This document shows positions 51,899-64,000 of a stretch of DNA of 64,000 bases, in pieces. The stretch is taken from contig NC_043002.1 of NCBI RefSeq assembly GCF_006345805.1, positions 56,916,001 to 56,980,000 of the forward strand, in the 5' to 3' direction. Position 1 is the first letter of the stretch. Every line of letters starts with the position of its first letter. Source of the DNA: Octopus sinensis. Taxonomy: Eukaryota. The notes below the pieces were generated by a model. That model saw only the letters and a list, made by a program, of their open reading frames with translations. It ran no database searches and had not been told where the DNA came from. A program made the translations under genes and the position numbers.

Positions 51899-52275
51899 TT
51901 TTGTTTTACTTGCTTGTCATTAGACTGTGGCTATGCTGGGACACTGCTTTGAAGAATTTTTGTCGAACAAGTCGATCCCAGAATTATTTTTTTTAAAAAC
52001 CTGGTACTTATTCTGTCAGTCACTTTTGCTGAACTGCCAAGTTCCAGGGATGTAAAAAAAAACCCGACACTAGTTATCAAGCAGTGGTGGAGGACAAATA
52101 CAAACACACACACACACACGTCACAGGCTTCTTTAAATTTCCATCTACCAAATCCTCTCACAAGGTTTTGGTTGACCTGAGGCTATAGTAGAAGACACTT
52201 GCCCAAGGTGCCATGCAGTGGGACTGAACCTAGACCATGTGCTTGGGAAGCAAACTTCTTACCACACAGCCACGC
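51899..52275 (-). mobile_element. tRNA-derived SINE (family B), complete
   Basis: Reverse complement of the family B sequence. Confidence 0.8.
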
Positions 52276-53454
52276 CAGCACCTATATATATGTAGTGAAT
52301 CCAAACAAAGAAGAACAAACAAGGAAAAACAATAACACGAGGACGTGGTACAAGTACTGTGTTATCAGACGCTCAGGAAAGGAAGGAAAGCCACGCCACA
52401 TACAGACACACTCACATGCGTATACAATAGGCTTTTCTCAGTTCAATACGTTTATCTCATAGTTATTGTGTTACTCTCAATATGTGTATTAAATGTGTAA
52501 AAACAAATGTTCAATAATAGATTTGGGTGTGGATCTTTATCATTTACTTGTTTTAGTGGTTCGGATGTGGCCATGGTGGGGCACCATCTTGAAGGGTTTA
52601 GATGAACAGATCGATCTCAGGACTTATTTTTAAAACTTGGTACTTATTCTACCATTCTCTTTTCGTTGAACCGCTAAGTTACAGGGACATAAACAAACCC
52701 AACACCATTTGTCAAGTGGTGGGGGTAGACAAACATCAACACGCACATATGTATTCGACAGGCTTCCACACAGTTTTCATCAACCAAATTCATTCGCGAG
52801 ACATTGGTTAGTCAGGAGCTGCAGTAAAATGCGCAAAGTACTGCGCAGTGGGACTGAACCTGAAACCACACGGTTGCAAAATGAGCTTCTTAACCACCCA
52901 GCCATGTCGCTGCCTACACACATATACAAGTGTCTATAGCCACACAGAATGAATGCAGTCACACATCTTTTCTCTCATGTATATCACAAAACAACCATTA
53001 TAGACAGACACACACATGTTTACATACAAACATACATACACAATTCCCTCCATCCACCAATACTTAAATATGAGACGAAGAGTCTTTGAGGTTCGTCTAG
53101 AATATACCAAACTGTATGATGGAAGCCAAAAAAAATCTGTTGTAAATCGTCTGTTTTATAGACTATCTACAACGACCCCTTCACAATCGAACTGTGACCT
53201 CTCTGGTTTTGTTTACTACTACAATAATACCCTTTGCTCTTTTGAACCTAATGGCATTACGCAAAATCCAATTTCTTCTCGGAACCCCCACACTACCAAA
53301 GGACAAACCTTGTCATAAACATATTGCCCCAGCCCTCCTCCCCTCCATCAAATGCATCCTTACGAAACGCCCACCTCGTTCATGTCTTAACTCCCAATCC
53401 AATAATCTATAACCTATAAAATAGCTATAAACATTCAAAGTTCACTGCACTTGT

Positions 53455-53610
53455 GTGTGTGTGTGTGTACGAAAGTGTGTGTTTGTGTGCGTACGAATGT
53501 GTGTGTGTGTGTGCGTACGAATGTGTGTGTGTGTGTGTGTACGAAAGTGTGTGTTTGTGTGCGTACGAATGTGTGTGTGTGTGTGCGTACGAATGTGTGT
53601 GTGTGTGTGT
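53455..53610. repeat. Higher-order 24-bp/72-bp compound (GT)n repeat
   Basis: TACGAA anchors at 53468, 53492, 53516, 53540, 53564 and 53588; variant pattern A-B-C-A-B-C. Confidence 0.9.
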
Positions 53611-53846
53611 ATGTTCCGGGTGTGAGGTGGGAACAAGTTCAAAGAACCTTTGTGGGGGTACTTAAAATAAATAACTCAACGATAAGCCTAAGAGTGAATA
53701 AACATTTAATCCATAATCATAATAAAACATTTCGTCCAAACAGGATTACGGGTAAAGGATGTGTGTGTAATCTAAGAGAATTTTTAAAATGCAACTGACG
53801 CAACTGTCCTTACCTCTTCTCCGAACTAACAAGTAATTAATAAAAC

Positions 53847-53914
<68 letters not shown>

Positions 53915-54519
53915 TATATATAGTGAATAAATGAGTGGTAAAACAACTTGGATTGTGAAAACCAGTCCTCATCACATCAATAAAATAACGATCTTCACAC
54001 AGTAACAGCAATTGTAATAATTTATGACATACACATACACAGTTGATCAAAGAACTTGTATGCAGTAAAAGAGATGAGGTTTCGCACTGAAAAGGAACAA
54101 GCAATCAAAGGGAAGATTTGCAGAATTTCAACAATACATTTTTCCGAACTGGGTTAGACATTTCATTCTCTAAGAACAACAGCCGTTCCTATTGCAACTT
54201 ACACACACACACACATTAATTCTGTTTCATTATCTCTCTCTCTTTCTTTCTTGTACAAAGGAAATAGTAATATGATAGACTCCGATATATACGGTTCGTC
54301 TCAAATGAATTATTAATTAAAAATATATATATATAAAATGTGGATTTAAGTAAGAGTTTTAAGGCATTGATAACTAGGTTTTTAATTTCTAATTCTGAAA
54401 TATATTTTAAGAATGCTCTTTCATTAATTCTTAGCTGAACAATTCCAAAGAAACGGCGCTTATAGACACACACGCACAGACCCACCCACCCACACACATA
54501 ACATATGTACGTGAATATA

Positions 54520-54843
54520 TATATATATATATATTATATATGTATATATATATATAATATATATGTATATATATATATATTATATATGTATATATATATT
54601 ATATATGTATATATATATAATATATATGTATATATATATATATAATATTATATATGTATATATATATATTATATATGTATATATATATATATCATATGTA
54701 TATATATATATATCATATGTATATATATATATATCATATGTATATATATATATATTATATATGTGTATATATATATATATTATATATAATATATATATAT
54801 AATATATATATATATATATTATATATATAATGTATATATTATG

Positions 54844-54865
<22 letters not shown>
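54520..54865. repeat. Compound (AT)n-derived minisatellite
   Basis: About 340 bp almost entirely A/T with recurring ATATGTATATATATAT(T/C)A units. Confidence 0.9.
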
Positions 54866-54874
<9 letters not shown>

Positions 54875-56172
54875 ATGTCTAATATTAATATGCTTGTTTG
54901 TGTGTATACGTCACACCCCTATCACTGTTACGTCTAATGTTATATATTTTTTTTATTGTGCTTCCAGCCAATTATATGAATGTCAAGGATAGTGACAACG
55001 TCAGTGAATGAAGACGATAACAACAATTATTGTTGTTGTTGTAGAGCATTGGACCCATTTATAAGAAGGAATTGATACAAGCGATTCAGTGATCCAAAAT
55101 ATATAATAAGCTTTACATACACAATATTCATAATAAACAGAGGCTTCGTTTTCATCTTTCGTTTACGTATGTATGCATGTTTTCCTTTATCTACACACAC
55201 ATACACGTATAAATAATATGTATATATATATGTTGTCTATATAAGTGCGTGAATATATATATATATAATTCTATTATCGGTTTCAGCTAGACGTTGTGGG
55301 CAAATATACATAGTTTTCAAATATATGTATATCTATACATACACACACACACACACACACTATACATGTAAGGGTGAATGTATGCGCACCCTCTGTATAT
55401 ACATGTACGGATGTATATAACAAGCTTCATTTGGGAGACAGAGCGAAAATAGGACAGACAGTATGGGAATTTTCTCTTGAAATCGATTAAGACAATTAAG
55501 CTATTTTGTTTTCACAAAAGTGTACAACTGACAGCCGACTTCTTGGTTGACAGCAAGTGCGATGCTAAAAATACATTCAACAAGATTATTTCACAATTTG
55601 AATAGAATTAACGATAGATAGAGGGAGGGGGGAAAGGATGTGGGAACGATTCAGGTTACGAAATAAAGACAGCAGGAACATGAAGGGAGGCAGATGTCGC
55701 AAAAAGGGAAACCCCTTCTTTGTAAACAATAGCCTCTTCGATTTATAATGACATAACGAAAGTATAATAGCGAGACTGTGTATGTATGTATAATATATAT
55801 ATATATGTATGCGCGCGCGCGCACACACACACACACATATATGTGTATACCAAACCTAGAGAAAAGTACTTGTAGAGAATTTAATTTTAAAATATTCATT
55901 TTTCTAAGTTATTGAGAAAACAAAATCAGTAGGGAGGGTACACTTGTATAGATTAACCCCACCTCTCTGTCTGTCTCTCTCTCTCTCTATATATATATAT
56001 ATGTTAGTGATTTTAACGAATCCCACTTATCGTCTGAAAGACAGCATTGAGCGAGGAGGAGAAACTTAGAGTAATGAGGGAATGAATCGCCTGGATTGTA
56101 CAAATATAATTCACAATATTATGTATTGAAGTACTCCGCTTGTTAACCAAGAACTTCTGTGCGTGTATGTGT

Positions 56173-56208
<36 letters not shown>

Positions 56209-56381
56209 CTATATATATATATATAGGTAAACAGTAAAAATAATTACAGACATGGACAAGAACATGAAACACACAGAGACGACACAAGAACCACAGGACG
56301 GGACATTCGAAGCCCTCAGTCATCAGTCAAGAACCAGATCATCTTAGAAATTTCGGCTGATATATATTTATATATATTTAT

Positions 56382-56449
<68 letters not shown>

Positions 56450-56604
56450 CACGCACATAATAACGATATAATTGCTTTTTTATTTTTAATTCAAACTGGA
56501 GGGTTACTATAAGAAAAGGTCATTTATCAGCAGTAACAACAACACCAACAATGGCACCAAACGTGCCGTTATGAAATAGAAGAATAAATAGAATGGTTAT
56601 TTAC

Positions 56605-56859
56605 TTGTTTAGGATCGTCATAGTAAATGCCAATGGTTTTCTTATAAGGTGCCAGTCGTACCACTTCGCAGAATAAATGGCCCGCGTCTTTGTAGGGCCC
56701 ACGAGCGAATTTGTACGCAACAACAATTTCGCCGATAGGAGGTCTCCCTGTGGTAATCTGGATATTATAGAAGAGACCGGAGTAGACCAAGAGAGCGAAA
56801 ATAGAAAGTAGAATCCCTAACAGTAAGCCAAATATTCCCCAAATGAGCAATGTCTCCAT
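56605..56859 (-). CDS. TEX264: TEX264 homologue, first coding exon (85 codons: N-terminal hydrophobic anchor and start of the GyrI-like domain)
   Basis: Translates to METLLIWGIFGLLLGILLSIFALLVYSGLFYNIQITTGRPPIGEIVVAYKFARGPYKDAGHLFCEVVRLAPYKKTIGIYYDDPKQ. This matches the human TEX264 N-terminus as I recall it (..YSGLLAGVEVSAGSPPIRNVTVAYKFHMGLYGETGRLF..IAVYYDNPHM). It ends at a phase-0 donor CAA|GTAAAT. Confidence 0.93.
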
Positions 56860-57639
56860 TTCAACGAAAAAAAAAATCCAGTCTGGTTTAAGGCGACAAG
56901 TTAAAAGTGAATTGAGCTTCTTCTATTCTCTCAACTGGAGAGAATTAACACAAGGGGGGATAACTAGTGAGATCTCGGTGGTAAGTAGGGGAGGAGAGAG
57001 AGATGATGTTAATGCGGAGAGAGAAAAAAAAAGGAGGCGAGAGAGAGAGATGGAGAAAGACAGAGAGGGAGAAACAGTTAAAGAGAGAAGACGAGAGAAT
57101 GAAAGAAATGAAGAGAGACAAGAAGATAATGGAAGGGGTATGAGAGAATAAGAGAGAAAGTGAAGGGAAGGGTGTTAAGCGAGAGTGGGAGTAAAGAAGA
57201 TGAAGTGGGTTGAAAGTGCAAGTAACATTGAGGGAATTTAGCATTATATGAAGATAACTGTCGCTGAGCTTGTTTAGCCCAAGGCAAAGCTTGATCAAAC
57301 AGGCTAATGATGAAAGGCGTTGAAGCCGTAAATATCCCATCTCTCGGTCATCGTATATCTAAGATTTCATTAACCTTTGTGCCTTTCCTACTATTTTTAG
57401 CGGTGGTGGTCATGTCGCCAGTTTTGGGTAGTGTTTCCTACTTGCATTTTTGAGCAGGAACCGAATTAAGTTTGTAAGCTTTTTTTTTCTTTCCCAGTGT
57501 TAGTTATTTGTATTTAACGTGGTTTTGTATAATATATGCATCATATACATACGTGTTATATACGTAATTATCATCTTAAAAAAACTTAGTGGCTAAGATG
57601 AAGTTACGGACATAAAAAAAGTTATTTCACTTGAGTTCC

Positions 57640-58215
57640 TCAAATGGATAAAAGTCAGAGTCGACCTCAGAGGGATTTTGAACTCAGAACGTAAAGACGG
57701 ACGAAATACCTATTTCTTTACTACCCACAAGGGGTCAAACACAGAGAAGACAGACAAAGGGATTAAGTCGATTATATCGACCTCAGTGCGTAACTGGTAC
57801 TTATTTAATCGACCCCGAAAGGATGAAAGGCAAAGTCGATCTCGGCGGAATTTGAACTCAGAACGTTGCGGCAGACGAAATACCACTAAGCATCTTGTCC
57901 AGCGTTCCAAGGATCCCACCGTCTCGTAGCCTTACTACTACTACTACTACTACTGCTACTACTACTACTACTACTAATAATAATAATGATAATAATAAGA
58001 GTTTCAAATTTTGCCACAAGGGCAACAATTTTGGTGGCGGGGATGACGACGACGACGATGATAACAACATTATTATTATTAAAAAGGTGGCAAGCTGGCA
58101 GAATCGTTAACTGGCTGGGCGAAATGCTTAGTGATATTTCGTCTGCCGCTATGTTCTGAGTTCAAATACCGCCGAGGTCTATTCTACCTTTCATCCTTTT
58201 GGGGTTGATAAAAAC
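57640..58215. mobile_element. Head-to-head inverted pair of family D SINEs separated by (TAC)n/(TAA)n
   Basis: Minus copy ends at ~57930; plus copy starts at 58082 (GGTGGCAAGCTGGCAGAATCGTTA..GAGTTCAAATACC). Confidence 0.8.
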
Positions 58216-58229
58216 TATAATAATTTTTT

Positions 58230-61200
58230 CATTTACCACTAAGCTTTATAAACATATTGAGGTAGAGGACGATGCAACTGCAGTGTGATATGATATGATG
58301 CAGGGTAACATGAAGGCATGTAAGCAGTAAAAATAACAACAATAGAAGAAATATTGAAACAAAAAAAAAATTCCCCAAAGGGAGAGACTTCCAACGGCTT
58401 GTCATGGAAACGCCACAAAATCTCGGTTGTCTTGACCGCTTGAGGAAGTGCCTTCTTTTCACTCTCTTCTCTCAATCTATAGACCACTGCTCAGAGCAGA
58501 CTCATTCACTTTCACCTTCCTTGTCATCCTCACCCACCTTTCAACTCATTTGCTGGAAGGCAGCACTTCCCCCTTCGCCCTCACTTTCCTTTTCAAGTGA
58601 AACTTGAAAAAGTTGATGAGAGTTTGGCCACAGAAGGTATCTTCTCTCAATCATTTCAATCTGGTCCACCACACAATCTCTTTTGCTAAGATAGATAAAT
58701 ACTACCTGTCCTTCCAACAAGTGACATTAGGTGTTTGACATAAACCCAAAAGTCTAATGCTTGGGCACTGGATGAGTACATGAAGTACAGTTTCAATGCT
58801 CTGCGTGCATCTAAGGCAGGCACAGCAGACTGGATTTCCATGCCTGTAGAGCTCATCTCGAACAGGCAGCTTCTCCGTAGCACAGCCAGGCAAGAGATTC
58901 CTGGAAATTATCCATAGGCTCGACCTGAAAGTCCTCTGGAACAGACCAGCCAGTTAATTCTCGTCAACACCTAAAATCTTCCCTAAAAAAACATCACTTT
59001 TAATTGAGATCTTTTGAGTGATCTAAATTGATCAGGGCCCTATGCTAAGTTCTTTATCCATACTCTCTATGATGTATCACATGAGCTGGAGGTTGTCTTG
59101 GATAGATATGCTTGGGATGTTGTATGTTTGTGCATCACCATTCAAACCATCCATGATCTTCAACAGTTGAGTGAAATCAAGAAACATGTGCTGATTATGA
59201 TCTGCCAAAAACCAAAGTGTAGCTTTGTTTCCATGTTGTGCCCCTACCACTCAGGCCTATAAAATGGCTTTCATCTCTTTGAGCTTTAGAGCCCACACCC
59301 AAGCTCTAACAATGCAGCCTTCATACTTCACGTGATGAAATAGTCTCAGACCAATCTCGCCGTAAACATGTCAGTTGTGTTGCCTTCCTTAGACTCTTCC
59401 AAGCTTCCAAGTCTTCCTCTATTCTATTTTTCTCTATCATTATGACCTTACTAAACTTAACCAACTCTACTCTAATCACCCTTTTTAATGGTGAACCACA
59501 ATTTGTTGTTGACAATTGCCCTCAATGCCTGCTTAAATAATTCGCTAATCCATGTTCTGGCAGCTTGGTGCACCGTGAGCGATGCATTCAATTTCCAGTA
59601 ACCTAAGAAGTGTATTTAGGTTGACCATGAAGATCACAAATTTGTAGTCTATGCAGCCAGGAATTTGAAAATGTGGACAGTCTATGCTATCCTCTTCTAC
59701 TGGCCTACAGAATACTCTATCTAGATATGATTTGGATACTCCAATACGATTTGTCTATGTCCACATTCACACATTTGGGAAGTCCAGTTAGTACCTGCCA
59801 GACAGTTGAAAACGTCTGAGCAGGTCTGCAAAACTTTTATACCATCTTTCCTATCAACTGACTCCAATCAACCTAAATGTGCATCTAAGATGGCATTCCA
59901 GTTATCTGCTATTACTAATGAGTGGAACGTTTATAGGAAAACTTCCAGACACCTGAAGAAATTTAGCTTTCCCACTTCTTCTGGAACATAAATAGCTACT
60001 AATCTGAAAGCACCCCCTTTGCTACTGTTCATATCTTGGACCACCAACTTACCTTCTGGATTCAAGAAGATGGTCTGTATCATGAGATCGAAACCCTTCT
60101 GGAACAAAACAACAGTTACACTTTCCAATCCCAGTCGACATGGGGATGAGTAAATTTCATACCCATTGAAAATGTGCATGAAAGCTTGTAAATTGGAAAC
60201 TCTGGTCTCATTGATGGCCACTACATCTAAATCTAGTGATCCAAGATCAGTGAACTGTTAACCCTGCTTCCAAGCTGACCACGTGCATTTATGTCACCTA
60301 GTCTGAACATAAGCATGATCGACAAGGGAGAGAAGTGGATGAGAAATGATCACTTCTCTTATTTCTGTGGAGGGACAGATATTTTGTCACACAGGCTGGC
60401 TGTGGGTATTTTCACTTGTAACTTTTTGTATAGTCTTTTATTGATATTCCATTGGAAGTTTCCGACATCTTTTGGGTATTTTAAAAAATTATTTCTTTAA
60501 TGTTGTTGTCTATATACTGTAAGGATTTTTGTGTGATGAAATGCTTGTAGCTAGTGCAATGTAGTTATCATGAGTGATGCGTGTATGTGATCCATTATTT
60601 CTTTATTGCTTGCCTTTCTGGATGTGTAGTTAACATCTTTTTTTCGTTTATACTGAGGTGTGTAGCCTACCATATCTGCCAGTCTTTGTTTCTTTGTTGG
60701 TGTATTTTTGTTTCTTTGCATTGGAGACTTTTTGCTATTTAGGTTCTTCACCACCTCCTTTGCTACACAATATCTGAATGATCCCAAGCAGGGAGGAGCA
60801 TGTCTTGAGGGTAATTATCTTGAGGTCTTTTTTGTTTGGGGCTTTCAGTAACTGATGTTGTTGATGATGTGGTGGTTCTTGTGGGTGAAGTTTTAGGGTT
60901 TTTTTTTTTTGCTGCCTTTGTTTTCACTCTTGGTGTTGTTGCTACAACTGCTATTTCTAGTCTTGTATCAGGTGCTGCAATCACTGATAATGCTGTTACA
61001 TGTGGTTGTTGAAGTTGTGGTGTTGGCATGAATGGAGGCTTCCTTTCAGCTGTCATTGTCTGTTGTTGTTGGGGGTGGGGGCAGAAAGCCTTTAGATGGT
61101 TTGTTTCCACTGTCGTAGCATTGTGGCCATCTTTCTTCCATTTCCACCTGCAGTTGCTACCCTCCTGGGATCTCTGTTAGGTTGGGAATTTTGTCAAGTG

Positions 61201-61700
61201 CCTCAGGTTTCACTCGAATTGAACTCTCCAACTCTCATTCCAACCCAATTTTCTTTCCAAAATCTTTTAATTTCTTGAAGAGGGTTAGTATTCTCTAGAA
61301 CCACATATTTCCCCAACCACCAGAAATCTAGTCCTGGTGGCATGTTTGAGACTTTTATTCAAATCACTCTCTGCCCTATGTCCCAGATAAATTGGTATCA
61401 ATGTGGAATCTATTTTTGTGGGGAAAATAATAGAATGCTTTGTTGCTTGGGTTTCCAAGTGGAAAAATAATTTTAACAGACCCAAATTTATGGTTATGAC
61501 CCAGAAAACTAATGCTAAGCCATACATTCTTCTTTAAACAGAGTTCAGTTTTGCTTCAAGGCATCTGCTTGAAGATGTGTCTTTCCAGTGATACACATCT
61601 ACATAGAATTGTTTTCTTTTCTGTTTCTGTCTTGGAGATTTTCTCATTTATTGAGTATACTTTTCCCCATTCTAGCTGCTTAATATAGTCTTTTCTACTC
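58230..61700 (-). mobile_element. Decayed Tx1/L1-type LINE (ORF1 with zinc-knuckle remnant; ORF2 endonuclease, RT and zf-RVT), internally deleted
   Basis: In order on the minus strand: ORF1 RWPQCYDSGNK/HLKAFCP; endonuclease SLDLDVVAINETRVS..VLFQKGFDLMIQTIFLNPEGKLVV..FRLVAIYVP; RT ALINLDHSK; C-terminal LPVRDELYRHG..CLRCTQSIETVLHVLIQCP. Many stops and frameshifts. Confidence 0.85.
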
Positions 61701-62559
61701 CAGGCGCAAGGGCCGAAATTTTTGGGGAGGGTGCCAGTCAATTAGATTGACCCCCCCCCCACAATATGCAACTGGTATTTAATTTATTGACTCTGAAAGG
61801 ATGAAAGACAAAGTTGACCTTGGCAGAATTTGAACTTGGAGACAACTGATGCTGGTGTGTTTACGTACCTGTAACTTAGTGGTTCAGCAAAAGAGATCGA
61901 TAGAATAAGTACTAGGCTGACAAAGAATATGACTGAAACAAATATAATAATAATAATAACAATAATAATAAATGCCCTTATGCAGTACTAGGCAGTGGAT
62001 CTCATGGCTTCTGATCTTATCTGATTGGAAGTGTTATCATGTGCATTGTTTTGTCTTGGTATGAAAGATGGGCTACAGCAAATATTCTGCTCAATACCAC
62101 GGATTTGCTTGTCAGTTGTTTGGCCTTAACCAGTTGAGTATGTCCCTTAGTGGCTGATGATATGTGCATCTCTGATCATGAGCAGAAGTAGTGGGAGAGC
62201 ATCATAGCCATGTGTTGAGAGGGATTCTTTGGGGTTTGAATAATTCACCTCTGGAAACATGGGTGTTTAATTCAACATCCTTAAACAACCCTTATTCAGG
62301 GACCTTTTGAGTGGGATGGGTTACTTGACCGGAAGAAAATTCTAACTGGGCCCCACCTGCAAGGTCATGTGCTGTTTATCTTGATATGAGATCACCATGT
62401 TACGCACATATGGTTGTGATGCATGTGCCTAGTGTATCCTTATCAGATGGGTAGTCATGATGGGTATACTGGGCTTCGTATATTTAACCCTGTGTCACTT
62501 TGATGGCATGCACTGCTCTCTCACTCAGTAATAATGATGATGATGATGATGATGATGAT

Positions 62560-62991
62560 CCTTTCTACTCAAGGCACAAGGTGTGAAATTTCAGGGAATT
62601 GGTTAAGTCGATTATATCGACCTCAGTGCTCAACTGGTATTTATTTTATCGACTCTGAAAGGATGAAAGACAAAAGTCAACCCTGGCAGAATTTGAACTC
62701 AGAATGTAAAAATGAACGAAATACTGGTAAGAATTTTGCCCAGCATGCTAATGATTCTGCTAGGTTGCCTATAATAATAATAATCCTTTCTACTAAAGGC
62801 ACAAGGCCTGAAATTTCGGGGGAGGGGCTAAGTCAATTACCCCCCTCCCCTTCCGAGTTCAATTGGTACTTAATTTATTGACCCCGAAAGGACCCCGAAG
62901 TCGACCTTGGCAAAATTTCAACTCAGAATGTAAAGAGATGAAATACCTCTAAGCATTTTGCCCAGCGTACTAACAATTCTGCCAGCTCACC

Positions 62992-63036
<45 letters not shown>

Positions 63037-63190
63037 TCTTTCTCTTGTAGGCACAAGACCTGAAATTTTTTAGGAAGCAGTCTAGTTGATTACATCAGCC
63101 ATAGTGCTCAACACATACTTATTTAGTGACCCCCAAAAGGACGAAAGGCAAAGTCAACATCAGTCGAATTTGAACTCAGAATGTAAAGTA
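62560..63190 (-). mobile_element. Three head-to-tail family D SINE copies separated by (TAA)n tails
   Basis: Units begin at ~62560, ~62783 and ~63036, each after an ATG or ATA microsatellite. Confidence 0.75.
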
Positions 63191-64000
63191 TGAAAAAATA
63201 TGAGGAAGTAAAATTTTAAGGTCTTTAGTTAAGGGAGGCAACTCTGCCTGAACACTCTTAAAATGCTTGGAATTTTACCAGGGAAGGAAACTATACCGAC
63301 AAGTTTATTAGTATTATTTAGTAGATAATCTTTTAATGTGAAGTATGTTTGTGTGTGTTTTGCTTAGCCCAGAGTTGCCTCTGATGAAGCAGACCCATCG
63401 CATAGTTTTGCTTTTTCTTCATGGAATACTGTAAATCTGTGTCTTTTTTTACGAAAGGATGTGTTTTAAGAGATTTGGCTGCTATTTGTAGTAGCTCAAG
63501 TTACCACAGCAACATCTGTGTGTGTGTGTGTGTGTTTGTAGTGAAAAACATGCTTTTTTTCCAGAATATTTTGCACAATAATTTTTAAAGAAATCTGGAC
63601 ATCTTTCTTACTGCTAACCAATCAACTTCAAATTACAATTGTAAATTGTTGCAAGTCAAGAAGACTGAGATATACATATAAGGTTATCGTATTGAGTGGA
63701 AGTTCAATACGAAGTTTTGAACTCATTATCTTGTGGTTAGTAATCCATTGCCTTAAATTTGAAGCCATTAAGTCTTTAAACATTACTTTACTGGGCTTAG
63801 TCTTTCGACTGTCGCCATGATGGGGTGTCACCTTTAAAAATTTAATTGATCATACTGACCTCTGTACGTATTTCAATCTGGCATTTATTTTATAGATCTC
63901 TGCTTGATGAACTGCTAACTTTGAGACTTAGTGGGACACAATACTCGATTTAACAACAAATATAAACATGCACACAGACACATATTAAGTGCAAGAATGA

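Larger units (their letters stand above)
52600..58450. promoter_or_regulatory. CpG-retaining, probably unmethylated region spanning the TEX264 5' end / promoter
   Basis: CpG is visibly common here in both repeat and non-repeat sequence. I count 15 CpG in 57661-57900 versus 2 in the same SINE family at 45961-46200. The region surrounds the TEX264 ATG. Confidence 0.6.

Noticed and set aside
56843-57151. 102-aa R/E-rich plus-strand ORF overlapping the TEX264 start
   Set aside because: Low-complexity GA tract translation with no recognisable domain.
63628-63831. 67-aa minus ORF / possible terminal exon of a neighbouring gene
   Set aside because: Weak acceptor, no recognisable homology, and nothing in the window to connect it to.

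Overview
AT-rich, repeat-saturated animal genomic DNA. The SINE, RTE and microsatellite content looks to me like octopus (coleoid cephalopod); this is recognition from memory, not a database result. I can support one host protein-coding gene: a TEX264 homologue (ER-phagy receptor family, N-terminal membrane anchor plus GyrI-like domain) on the minus strand. Its coding exon 1 (56605-56859) joins in frame to exon 2 (1693-1914) across a 54,690-bp GT-AG intron that fills most of the window. Later exons probably lie left of base 1. The intron holds tRNA-derived SINEs, RTE LINE 3' ends, mariner, piggyBac, hAT and Helentron-type miniature elements, fold-back elements and microsatellites. A decayed Tx1/L1-type LINE lies at about 58.2-61.7 kb. 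I found no convincing novel multi-gene system, CRISPR array or true RNA gene. The best leads are: a CpG-retention island over the TEX264 5' end, visible within one repeat family; a candidate divergent spliced transcript head-to-head with TEX264; a near-perfect 97-nt hairpin; and a tail-to-tail inverted LINE pair able to form long dsRNA. Repeat boundaries are approximate (about 10-30 bp) unless terminal repeats or target-site duplications are quoted.
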